DNA of 64,000 nt, taken from contig JBCBZT010000030.1 of the NCBI GenBank assembly GCA_039815185.1, positions 1 to 64,000 of the forward strand, given 5' to 3'. Source of the DNA: Cyanobacteria bacterium P01_A01_bin.123 (GTDB lineage Bacteria; Cyanobacteriota; Cyanobacteriia; Phormidesmidales; Phormidesmidaceae). Below the pieces are notes generated by a model. The model had not been told where the DNA came from. It made no database searches and saw nothing but the letters and a program-made list of their open reading frames with translations. Below, in pieces: positions 50,746 through 59,918 of this stretch (positions are counted from its first letter, which is position 1; each line of letters opens with the position of its first letter). Position numbers and translations under genes: made by a program.

Positions 50746-50993
50746 GTTGGAATCAGATCAGGGCGGTCTATGCAGGTTTCACGTTGGCACCGCTCCCGTT
50801 TCAGAAACTGGACAAAATGCCTTGCCCATTCTAATGCACAACGCAATACTAAAGCCAATAGCCAGAATTCAGGAGGGCAATGAGCGATCAAAAGAGGACA
50901 TTTCACGACAAATTGCCTACCCCTCAAATGCTGACGAGCATTGTTGTCAACATATTTAATTCTGATCCAGATGATTCGACAGGTTCGCCTTGA
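50746..50993 (+). pseudogene. Duplicated operon-junction fragment, copy 1 (gene 3' end plus 37-aa ORF 50880-50993)
   Basis: Aligns with ~54715-54962; GGAGG RBS and ATGA overlap; many synonymous differences. Confidence 0.65.
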
Positions 50994-51154
50994 CCAATCA
51001 CATCCCTTGTTGATCCTTCAATATCTCTCAAGCCCCTGAAGGCTGACGTAAAGGGAAAGTTTGTTCAGGAGATTAATGCCGTAGTTACGCACAATGATAG
51101 CGAGTTTTCTGACATCTGTTTTCACAGTGTCGGATTGAACAGAATCTCAAGTAT

Positions 51155-51226
51155 TTGGGTGTACACCGTGCCACTGTTATCCGCCACATTGATGCCCTGG
51201 AAACAGTCTTGGGTGAAAAGGTTTTC
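51155..51226 (+). pseudogene. LysR-type HTH fragment
   Basis: LGVHRATVIRHIDALETVLGEKVF; similarity stops there. Confidence 0.7.
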
Positions 51227-51324
51227 AGCACCATTCGCAAATCAATTCTTGAATTACTCATTAGTGCTCCTTGGCAGATATGCTTGCATGATTGTCTTCA
51301 TAATGGCTCAAGACGATGTGTTGC

Positions 51325-53085
51325 CTACACCTTGGGAACGAGTAGATGCGAATCGAAGTCTCCGCCAAAGTGAATCACATGTACTCCATGGTTAAAGGAA
51401 ACATCCTTAAAATAGGGCGGCGAGGGAATGATTTCGCGTGGGCTCACAATTAATTCCAATGCTTCGCCAGCTGCGAAGAAAGTGCTGCTGGGATATAGTG
51501 CTATCTCAATTGGCACGATTTCGCCAGGTTTTAGTTTCTGCTCCCTGCTTGCCGATAGCACTGGGTTCCATTCCGTGGACTCTACTGGGTCAAGTTCACG
51601 CAGTGAGGCTCTACCCCATCCTCTCGTCACCATATCTTTCGAGTTCCCGACAGAACCGTAAAAATGCACAGACTTTTTATCTCGATCCAGCTTGTTCACA
51701 GCGGCATATAAGCCGATATCATCTGGTGTATCCTGATTAGCAATCTTGGCTCGTGCCTCTATCCACAGCCGCAGTTTCATGTAGCCCGTCAGCTCAGTAT
51801 CTTCAGTAAATTCGTGAAGGAAGGTCGCCTTTCCTCTGGTTACCGAATATGCCAGATCCTTTGGGGTTAGCGGCATTTCCAACGAAAGTGACTGTTGATC
51901 GCTTAGGTAGAGTCTCTTGTAATCGGTACGGGCAAGCGGCCATTCTTTCTCGTGGCGGATCTCGTAGATCTCCTTAAGACTTGCGCGAACCTCAAGCCTT
52001 ACACGGGGTGTATTGAGAAATCCGCTTGAAGTATCTCCCTTCAGGAAACAATCCATAAAGCTTCGCGTTAACGCTTGCACCTCAGGGGAATAGTAAGCAT
52101 CCCACTTGCCGGTACGGTGGGTGTAGAGCCACTTGTGCTCCGACTGCGCCTTCATGAAGGCCCGAAAGCTCCCCATTGTATGCAGTTCGTGGTCTGAAAA
52201 TGAGCCGCAAACTAACATGGGAACCGTGATTTCTTCTAGCTTGGCTGTCTTTGCCTGCCAGAAGTCGTCATAGAGGGGGTGATTTTTCATGTAGTCAGTG
52301 GGGATATCCCCCTCAGACTTGACAAAGTCTTCTTGTGTACCGTTAAGGGCTGGCTTTACTTCAGTACTCCACCAGAAGGCAGGGAATCCAATCTCAGATA
52401 ACCCACCCCGGGCAAAAGCGTCACGGTAGGGATCCGTAAGTCCTTCCCATGGAGAAATACAGTACAAAGATGGCGGTGGCCCTCCATAAGCCTGACAGGC
52501 AGCAACATGATACTGAGTAATGGCCAGGAAGCTGACACCATTGAGACCTACCTTGCCAGTGCACCAGGGTTGCTTTGCAATCCACTCGATAGCTTCGTAG
52601 TAGCATTTGCCTTGATGCTCTGAGAATACTGAGGGTAAGCCTTCACTATTCGCATACCCCGGTAGGTTCATGTTAACGACGGCATATCCAGCAGGGATCC
52701 AGAAATTAGGGTCAGGAGACTCCCAACTTGTCAGCCTGGAAAACTTAGGCTTACCCGCTTGTGAAATCAGCCGATACTGTTGGGGTGCATCGCCGAAAGG
52801 GGTCTTGTCAAGGGCTGAGGTGAGGTGGTTGTCATAGGGATGGGCACACATGACAACCGGTACTGACTCACCACTTTTAGCTGCCCGCTTCGAACGGTAG
52901 ACATTTGCCGTCACGCAAAACCCCTCACTCATAGGGATTTTGACGTCATACTCACACAGAATGTCCGGGGCTGGTTCGCTAAGTTCACACTGAGGGTTGA
53001 ATAACTGGCCGCTTGTCAGGGCCTTGGTAACGATTGGGGCCAGCGCCCGGACAGTATTCAAAAAAGCAGGAGATGACTTTTCCAT
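51325..53085 (-). CDS. CocE/NonD (peptidase S15-like) hydrolase
   Basis: HPYD, WESPDP.FW...GY, GKVGLNGVSFLA, HTMGSF, ELTGYMKL; start ATG 53085 or 53145. Confidence 0.9.
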   Translation of the reverse strand: MEKSSPAFLNTVRALAPIVTKALTSGQLFNPQCELSEPAPDILCEYDVKIPMSEGFCVTANVYRSKRAAKSGESVPVVMCAHPYDNHLTSALDKTPFGDAPQQYRLISQAGKPKFSRLTSWESPDPNFWIPAGYAVVNMNLPGYANSEGLPSVFSEHQGKCYYEAIEWIAKQPWCTGKVGLNGVSFLAITQYHVAACQAYGGPPPSLYCISPWEGLTDPYRDAFARGGLSEIGFPAFWWSTEVKPALNGTQEDFVKSEGDIPTDYMKNHPLYDDFWQAKTAKLEEITVPMLVCGSFSDHELHTMGSFRAFMKAQSEHKWLYTHRTGKWDAYYSPEVQALTRSFMDCFLKGDTSSGFLNTPRVRLEVRASLKEIYEIRHEKEWPLARTDYKRLYLSDQQSLSLEMPLTPKDLAYSVTRGKATFLHEFTEDTELTGYMKLRLWIEARAKIANQDTPDDIGLYAAVNKLDRDKKSVHFYGSVGNSKDMVTRGWGRASLRELDPVESTEWNPVLSASREQKLKPGEIVPIEIALYPSSTFFAAGEALELIVSPREIIPSPPYFKDVSFNHGVHVIHFGGDFDSHLLVPKV

Positions 53086-53214
53086 TTGCACAACAACCGT
53101 ATGGGTAAATGCAGTTCCAACACTATTGATTGGCCAGAGCTTCATCTCGACAAAGCGCTTGGCTATTCAAGCCGGATACTAGACTAAACCTACAGTCAAT
53201 GTAATTAACCTCGG

Positions 53215-53805
53215 TTAACTATTCCCACGTCGATGCTTAAGAAATCGGCAAAGTCCCTGGGGTGTGATACCGATAAAGCGTGCGATATCTTTATCTGAGA
53301 CACGATGAATAACATCCTGCTGGCGTTCTTCGAGAAATCGGTAACGGTACTCAGTGTTCAAAGTGGTCTTTGCACACATAACCTCCTTATCAAAGAGGAG
53401 CGTTTCGAGTACCTTTTTGCGCAAATACTCACCAAATGCTTTACCTTTATGATATTCCTTGAGAAAGAATTCCATAGGCATTGAAACGCTATTAACGTCT
53501 GTGATTGCAATCAGTGTGTCGTTAGCATACTCTTGAATTAGAGCACTCGTAATGTTTGAGCAGAACTGCCCTCTACTAAAGAAGCGCGCAATCGGCGAAA
53601 CCCCTTCTGCTAAAGTTTGTTCGGATGCAGCGATCCCATCTGTGACGAAGAAAACTTTATCGCAAATAAGTGCTTGACTAAAAATTACACTTTTCTTTAC
53701 AAATTCAAATTCTGATATTCTCGATTTTATTTCATTCCACTCAGGTGATTTTAAGTGAATACCATAGGAATAGATATCATCTTCTAGTGATGAAATGGCC
53801 GTCAT
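53215..53805 (-). CDS. Crp/Fnr family transcriptional regulator
   Basis: cNMP-fold-like N-terminus; RY..L..DIARFIGITPQGLCR HTH; AT-rich. Confidence 0.85.
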   Translation of the reverse strand: MTAISSLEDDIYSYGIHLKSPEWNEIKSRISEFEFVKKSVIFSQALICDKVFFVTDGIAASEQTLAEGVSPIARFFSRGQFCSNITSALIQEYANDTLIAITDVNSVSMPMEFFLKEYHKGKAFGEYLRKKVLETLLFDKEVMCAKTTLNTEYRYRFLEERQQDVIHRVSDKDIARFIGITPQGLCRFLKHRRGNS

Positions 53806-53965
53806 TTTTTATATTCACCATAAATAAGTGATTCTCCATCTACATCACAGCATTATATACACTACTTGATATGTACTATTTGGGTAAGTTAAACATCTTC
53901 CCATGGATATAATTCCAATGGTTCCTAAATGATGACTGCCAGTTGAGCCGTGGAACTGAATCAAC

Positions 53966-54454
53966 TTACTCTGGATGTGATACATCAGAGATAAGATTCC
54001 CCCCCTCTGAGGGATTACGCTGGAAATAGGCATAAAAACTCAATGTAATTGCCAAAGCCGAGATGATTGTCATCACGGTTCCGGGTGCGAACTTGTTGTA
54101 ACCGCCGAGGTCGATGAATATGAAATATCCGACATCAAGTAAGCCACCAACCAGGGCTGAGATAAATATGGCGGCAACACTCTTGCGCCATATAAATACA
54201 CCACCGATGATCGTCACAATGCCACCCCACAGCAGATTGAACCCGTGCTGATTGATGATGGCACCAACAGCATCTGGATAATCCATCGCCAAGGTCGCAG
54301 GGTCTACGGCATCAGCGATGCCTGCGGCTGCAGTTGCCGTGTCGCCAGAGATGGTCAAAATCCCAGCTAAGGCATGAACAACACCCCAAATCACCCAAAG
54401 GATGGCGGAAATTTTCAGCAGGGTGGATGCAGTTTGTCGGCTAAGTTGGGTCAT
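53966..54454 (-). CDS. Hypothetical multi-TM membrane protein (intact copy)
   Basis: LWVIWGVVHALAG, QHGFNL, GGLLDVGYFIFIDLGG; RBS AAGGA. Confidence 0.85.
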   Translation of the reverse strand: MTQLSRQTASTLLKISAILWVIWGVVHALAGILTISGDTATAAAGIADAVDPATLAMDYPDAVGAIINQHGFNLLWGGIVTIIGGVFIWRKSVAAIFISALVGGLLDVGYFIFIDLGGYNKFAPGTVMTIISALAITLSFYAYFQRNPSEGGNLISDVSHPE

Positions 54455-54512
54455 GTATCGTTTTCCTTTTACGCCAGAGTAGAGAGGGCAGATTTCAGGA
54501 TCATGTACATCA

Positions 54513-54620
54513 CTAAAGCTCGCCTTCGACCCACTTCCGAATATAGAGACTCACAAACTCAGGTGAATCTTCTGTGGAGAAATGGCTCGCCCCTTCCAGA
54601 ATGACCACACGGTTGTTCTC
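54513..54620 (-). pseudogene. C-terminal fragment of an alpha/beta hydrolase
   Basis: Manual translation NNRVVILEGASHFSTEDSPEFVSLYIRKWVEGEL* (catalytic-His region). Confidence 0.65.
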
Positions 54621-54714
54621 ATTCGGAGTGAATCAGTACCTTGAACACATCTTTTGCTTAATGTGTCCAGTCTATTTGAATGAATCAGAATTTCACAGTA
54701 AATATTTAACGCGA

Positions 54715-54962
54715 GGTGGAATGAGGGCAGAACGGCTTATGCCGGTTTCACGTTGGTGTTGCTCTCGTTTCAGAAACTGGGTACAACACTTCGTTCTTGC
54801 TAATGTACAACGCAACACTAAGGCTAATAGGCAGAATTTAGGAGGGCAATGAGCGATCAAAAGCGGACATTTCACGACAAATTTCCTGCTCCTAAAATTC
54901 TGACAAGCATTGTTGTCAACATATTTAATTCTGACCCAGACGATTCGATAGGTTCGCCTTGA
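54715..54962 (+). pseudogene. Duplicated operon-junction fragment, copy 2 (37-aa ORF 54849-54962)
   Basis: MSDQKRTFHDKFPAPKILTSIVVNIFNSDPDDSIGSP* versus copy 1 MSDQKRTFHDKLPTPQMLTSIVVNIFNSDPDDSTGSP*. Confidence 0.65.
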
Positions 54963-55090
54963 TCATATAACTAACTGCTCAACACTATTGATTGGCCAGA
55001 GCCTCATCTCGACACCAAAAATTACACTTTTAAGCCTCGTCGCACTCCGGAGTTAAAAGCTTGTCAATCAGTTTTTTGTTAGGCTATCAA

Positions 55091-55680
55091 TCATCTTATT
55101 TTGAGGATCTGCGACGAATTGCTGGCCAAGAGCCCATTGCGAGGGTCGACGGGGTCAGTTCCAGCCTCGATCTCGGTTGGATCGCCAATACCATCACCGT
55201 CCGAATCAGCCTTGTAGGGAAAGATCCCCATAGAGACTTCTTCGAGGTTGGCAATGCCGTCGCCATCAATGTCGTCGTCCGACGAGTCTTCGATGCCATC
55301 GCGATCGGTATCTTCCCATCGAGTGGGATCGTTCGGGAAACCATCGAACTTATCATCGACCCCATCGGAGTCCGTATCGACGGCAAGCAGAATATCGACG
55401 TCGATCCAGTCAGATGCCCCATCGGCAATATCACCGGAGTTAAGCTCGGCATCCAGGAAAGCGTAGAATTCGCTCATATGATAAGGGCGCTGCTCCTGAG
55501 GCAACCCGTTATGGACACCAGGATCCACCGTAGCGCCCAGGCCATGCTCAACCGGTCAGTCACAGTTCCTTGAGATTGCATACTGACAGCCAGGGAGTCA
55601 CAACTAGAATTGATAGGATCTCCTGGATCTCTCGATCCGAATAATAACGGCGCAATTCCTCGGTATGTGCGGCGATGGCG
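55091..55680 (-). pseudogene. 3' remnant of a paralog of the AhpD-like/TSP3 gene (57277-59181)
   Basis: EELRRYYSDREIQEILS..TVTDRLSMAWALR..DGFPNDPTRW..GTDPVDPRN with frameshifts and a small deletion. Confidence 0.88.
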
Positions 55681-55735
55681 GCAACCCTTTTGCAGCAAAT
55701 AAATATGCCGCCAACGATTGTAAAATCACTTACGC

Positions 55736-56026
55736 TTAACGCCTGGGAGGCCGGTGGGGAGGACGAGCCGCTGGCGGCGGTGGCGGCGGTGGCGGCGGCG
55801 CATGGGGAGGGCGACGAGCCAGGAGAGGCGAATGAGAGTAGTGGTTTTGATCTCGATGCATATTAGGTAGAGTCTTTTTCTCCACAAAAACCCCAAAGCC
55901 GGAAGCCATATTCAAGCTAGTCTCTGAGGGGAAAATAGAATCAGCAAGAACCCCACTTGTGAAGAGGTGGCAGGCTCCTAAGCAAGTCATTAACGCCAAA
56001 GAAAAGGGTTTTTGGAAGTAGTTCAT
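55736..56026 (-). CDS. Predicted secreted small protein with Pro/Arg-rich C-terminus
   Basis: Signal-like N-terminus (..SGVLA-D); ends RRPPHAPPPPPPPPPAARPPHRPPRR; follows the NTF2 gene by 47 nt. Confidence 0.6.
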   Translation of the reverse strand: MNYFQKPFSLALMTCLGACHLFTSGVLADSIFPSETSLNMASGFGVFVEKKTLPNMHRDQNHYSHSPLLARRPPHAPPPPPPPPPAARPPHRPPRR

Positions 56027-56073
56027 AACTAGAATATTTCCCTGAATTTCATTAATTAGATCATTGATTACTC

Positions 56074-56652
56074 TTAGAGGTCATGGCTGATAATTTGGCT
56101 ATCAGTCGTGTAGAAAATGACTTTTATTTGACCTTGAACTCGAGCGAATCGAATAGTATCGGTAGTGGTAATCAGCCGGAGTTCTTCGTCAGTCGTGACT
56201 TCAGTGATAGTGCTGACTGTTACAGTCGCTAATTGGCCATCAGGAGTCACTCGGATAGTTTCTCGTTGAGAAATTTCCTGAACTTCTGAGTTCTCTTCAG
56301 TTTCAGTTTCATTGAAGAAATTAGTTAATACTTCTCGATGCTGCTCAATGCCTTCAATGTACACTGACTCAAAACCATTGGAAGACTCCGTGATAGTCTC
56401 GGAAATAACAAAGGGAGCCATGTATTGGAGAACACCCTCCACATCTCCTTGCGCGATCAAATTTTCAACTTCACGATTAATTTGCTGAATATCAGCAACA
56501 GCTATAGGTGGTGCAATCTCCGAAGCTTCTGAGTCTAACTGGACAATAACTTGCACTTTTTGAGGCGGTAGCTCTGCCCAAGCTGGCGACACAACTTTCA
56601 TAGATAACAAAGAGACTGAAAGTAGTGTAGAAAAAGTGTAAATAAGCTTCAT
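56074..56652 (-). CDS. Predicted secreted NTF2/SnoaL-like protein
   Basis: Signal peptide (PAWA-E); IAQGDVEGVLQYMAP then beta-strand pattern; GGAG RBS. Confidence 0.75.
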   Translation of the reverse strand: MKLIYTFSTLLSVSLLSMKVVSPAWAELPPQKVQVIVQLDSEASEIAPPIAVADIQQINREVENLIAQGDVEGVLQYMAPFVISETITESSNGFESVYIEGIEQHREVLTNFFNETETEENSEVQEISQRETIRVTPDGQLATVTVSTITEVTTDEELRLITTTDTIRFARVQGQIKVIFYTTDSQIISHDL

Positions 56653-57099
56653 ATTTTACTCCCTTTAAAGTAAGCGTAAAAACTCAACATCACTGCTAAG
56701 GCAGAGATGATTGTCATCATAGTTCCAGGTGCAAATTTGTTGTAGCCATCGAGGTCGATGAAGATAAAATATCCGATATCGAGCAGACCACCCACCAGAG
56801 CTGAGACAAATATGGCGGCCCACACTTTTACGCCAAACAAATATGCCGTCAACAATCGTAACGACACCACCCCAAAGCAGATTAAAGCCGTGTTGATCAA
56901 TGATGGCGCCAGCAGCATCGGGACAATCCATCACCAATAGAGCAGGGTCTACGCCATCGGCAATTCCAAAGACTACGGTCGCCGTATCGCCAGAGATGGT
57001 CAGAATCCCAGCTAAGGCATGAACAACGCTCCAAATCACCCAAAGGATGGCAGAAATTTTCAGCAGGGTGGATGCAGTTTGTCGGCTAAGTTGGGTCAT
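56649..57099 (-). pseudogene. Frameshifted copy of the membrane protein at 53966-54454
   Basis: Same N-terminus MTQLSRQTASTLLKISAILWVIW; +1 nt near 56820 splits it across two track ORFs. Confidence 0.9.
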
Positions 57100-57113
57100 G
57101 TATAGTCTTCCTT

Positions 57114-57278
57114 TTACGCCAGAGTAGAGAGGGCAGATTTCAGCTCTACCTGAAGCTCAGAATTGCTGATCTGCCCGGTTTCGGTGTCGAAGTTGTGATT
57201 GAAACTCGGAATTGAGAGACTGGCCTTAATCTCTCCGCCAAAAAACGGCGCTGATTTTTCTGCTATGTGCAGGACATT
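57114..57278 (-). pseudogene. C-terminal fragment of an NADPH-dependent FMN reductase-like gene
   Basis: NVLHIAEKSAPFFGGEIKASLSIPSFNHNFD..G.I.N.EL; no start; abuts the upstream gene's stop. Confidence 0.7.
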
Positions 57279-59181
57279 AAAAATTGCGCGGATCGACAGG
57301 GTCAGTTCCGGCCTCGATCTCGGTTGGATCATCAACGCCATCACCATCCGAATCAGCCTTGTAGGGGAAGATTCCCAGAGAGACTTCTTCGCGGTTGGTA
57401 ATGCCGTCCCCGTCAATGTCGTCGTCCAACGAGTCTTCGATGCCATCGCGATCGGTGTCTGCCCATCGAGTGGGGTCGTTCGGGAAACCATCGAACCCAT
57501 CTTCGACTCCATCGCTGTCAGCATCCACGGCCAGCGGCACATCGACGCCAAGCCATTCGGAGGCCCCGTCGATGATCTCACCGGCGTTCATCTGGGCAAT
57601 AGCGAAATCGGTCACTTCGGTCATGTGAAAGCGGCGCTGCTCGTGAGGTAGACCGGTATGGACACCCGGTTTCCAACCGACTGGGGTCAGGTACCGCAGC
57701 GCCCAGGCCATGCTCAGTCGATCCGTGACGGTCAGTTGCGATTGCATCGCCGTCGACAGCCAGCCGCCTGTAACCAGCAACGATAGGATCTCCTGGATCT
57801 CGCGATCCGAGTAGTAACGCCGCAATTCCTCAATATGGGCGGCGGTGGTGCGGGTCGGTAGCGGGCCGGCGTCGCGAGCAATTCGGAAGGCGGCTTTCTC
57901 GGCGTCGGTAAACAGATCAGAGCGCTCGAAATCGAAGAGGGCCTGAATCCTTTCGATCACGCCCGGAAGCACATCGGGGGGAATCCGGTCATGGGGATAA
58001 TCGTCTTCGATCGCATCATATATTCCATAGGCACCGTGGACCTGGCAATGACCGCAACCGCTCGCGAGTTGGTTGACGAAGAAGATTTTCCATTTCATCG
58101 GCAGATCAAGGGCTCGATCTGTGCTAGAGAAATACTCGTCAATTTTCACCGTTCCGAGCGAGCTCTGCCGCGTCCATTCGGTATCAAACCGGTTGCGATC
58201 GCTCAGCGGGTACTGGGTCTCCGGCACAACCGACGGCTGGTAGTACGGGTAATCATAGGCAGCCACGTCAAACGGCGGCATCCCAGCCGGAGGCAGATTC
58301 TCAGCGTCCCAATCGGGATTTTCCCAACGGAGGTACTCCTCTGGATAGAAGTCGAACGGCTCTTCAATGCCATCCTTGTCGCCATCGAACGTTGTCGGAG
58401 AAACGTTGTATCCGGTGATGTGATTGATCCAGTCGGTTTCAAACTCGGGATCCATCGCTGCAAGATCCCCCGGTTCCCAATCCGCAATGATCTCGTTGTG
58501 CGCGGTCTCCAGGGCTTCACCCACAAACAGCGCGGCACGCTGTTCTTCAGGGCTGCTACTTTGGTTGAGTCCGGGTTCCCAGCCAACGGCAGCCAGATTT
58601 GCACTCGCCCAGTCGATCGTTTCCTGATCGGTCGGTATCGGCAGGATCAGATCGTGCGTCGCCATTGCCGCATTGATTGCCACCAGTTCGACGAGTTCCG
58701 CGATTTGCCTGTCGATAAATTGCATGCGGAGTGCCGCGTGCGTATCAGCCGTCACGCGCGCCGGATTAATGGCCGCAACCTGGACGAACTCGAACGCGGT
58801 CCGCATGCGTTCGTCGGCGATCGACGCCACGTAGTCGGGCGACCAGATGGCAAGAATCTCATCCATTGGCACGCCCATCAACGATAGCTGATAGGCGCTG
58901 CGCGCCTGATGATGGTTACTCCCCAGCAGGATCATCTCGTAGAGCGTTATCTTCCACTTCGTCTCGGCGTCGAACATCGCGTCGGCGTGGATCATCATGT
59001 CGGCGATTAGCAACCCATCGTAGAAGTCACGCAGGTTGCTGACGTCGATCTTGTGTCGGTCATAATAAGGCATCTCAACATCGGCAGCAGGCGGTGGCGG
59101 CGCTACCTCGGCGAATACCGGATTCGCCATGAAGGGCTGGCTTACGAGAAGGACGGTTGCCAGCAGTGATGACAGTTTCAT
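57277..59181 (-). CDS. Predicted secreted protein: two AhpD/CMD-like domains plus C-terminal DxDxDG (TSP3-like) repeats
   Basis: Signal peptide (PVFA-E); ALRMQFIDRQIAELV and ELRRYYSDREIQEIL CMD tails; ASGCGHCQVHG; DSDGDG repeats. Confidence 0.8.
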   Translation of the reverse strand: MKLSSLLATVLLVSQPFMANPVFAEVAPPPPAADVEMPYYDRHKIDVSNLRDFYDGLLIADMMIHADAMFDAETKWKITLYEMILLGSNHHQARSAYQLSLMGVPMDEILAIWSPDYVASIADERMRTAFEFVQVAAINPARVTADTHAALRMQFIDRQIAELVELVAINAAMATHDLILPIPTDQETIDWASANLAAVGWEPGLNQSSSPEEQRAALFVGEALETAHNEIIADWEPGDLAAMDPEFETDWINHITGYNVSPTTFDGDKDGIEEPFDFYPEEYLRWENPDWDAENLPPAGMPPFDVAAYDYPYYQPSVVPETQYPLSDRNRFDTEWTRQSSLGTVKIDEYFSSTDRALDLPMKWKIFFVNQLASGCGHCQVHGAYGIYDAIEDDYPHDRIPPDVLPGVIERIQALFDFERSDLFTDAEKAAFRIARDAGPLPTRTTAAHIEELRRYYSDREIQEILSLLVTGGWLSTAMQSQLTVTDRLSMAWALRYLTPVGWKPGVHTGLPHEQRRFHMTEVTDFAIAQMNAGEIIDGASEWLGVDVPLAVDADSDGVEDGFDGFPNDPTRWADTDRDGIEDSLDDDIDGDGITNREEVSLGIFPYKADSDGDGVDDPTEIEAGTDPVDPRNF

Positions 59182-59185
59182 GCTC

Positions 59186-59785
59186 TCAATCCTCCTTAAA
59201 AATCTTTAGGAACATGCCATTGGGGTTGGCCGAATGGGTCGGGACTCCCTGCAGCACATCCCAGTGTTCGGCGACTTTGCCATCCGGGTCATACAAGTAC
59301 ATGTCGACAGCGGCCGTGCCGAGGTTCTCAGGATCGGTCGTGTCGAGGTTGCGGAAATTGACATGGGCCATGGCCCAATCGCCGACGACCATGACCTTGT
59401 GAACATCAATTTCGACAGGATATTGCGCGACCGAAGAGGAAAACAGCATGGCAATCGCCTCGGGACCATCGGGAACCACCGTGTTGTGCTGGATGTAATC
59501 GTCGGCTAGATATTGCCGCATATTGGCGATCGAGGGGTCGGTGGACAGAACCTTGTAAATTTCAATAATCTGTTCGGCCCGCGCGCGTCCCTCGTCGTCA
59601 ACCACGATGATTTCGGTGGTGAACTCACGGGGAATGGTGTTTCGGTAATTCATTCCTTGGTCTTGGGACGTCATCGGTGTAGTGCGGCCTCCCCCCGTTT
59701 CTTGTGCGCTTACGGTCATTATTGGAACTAGCATCCCGAGCAACACCATCGCGAATAAAAATAAACTGACAGTCAGTCTTTTCAT
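59186..59785 (-). CDS. Predicted secreted SnoaL/NTF2-like protein
   Basis: Signal peptide (VSA-Q); DDYIQHN, GDW...H, AAVDMY, GKVAEHWDVLQ, NPNGMF; GGAGG RBS. Confidence 0.88.
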   Translation of the reverse strand: MKRLTVSLFLFAMVLLGMLVPIMTVSAQETGGGRTTPMTSQDQGMNYRNTIPREFTTEIIVVDDEGRARAEQIIEIYKVLSTDPSIANMRQYLADDYIQHNTVVPDGPEAIAMLFSSSVAQYPVEIDVHKVMVVGDWAMAHVNFRNLDTTDPENLGTAAVDMYLYDPDGKVAEHWDVLQGVPTHSANPNGMFLKIFKED

Positions 59786-59918
59786 CGTCCCCTCCTTATA
59801 GGGATCAATTTCTTAGCGCATCATGATGAATCAGATGACCACGATTCCTGCACTTCTGCTCTCTGAAGCGTATAGTTGTGCTTAATCCTCTCAGCAAAGT
59901 TATTGAGATAGAAGGGTC

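Noticed and set aside
57991..58887. 298-aa plus-strand ORF
   Set aside because: Antisense shadow of the GC-rich 634-aa gene, with no recognisable motif
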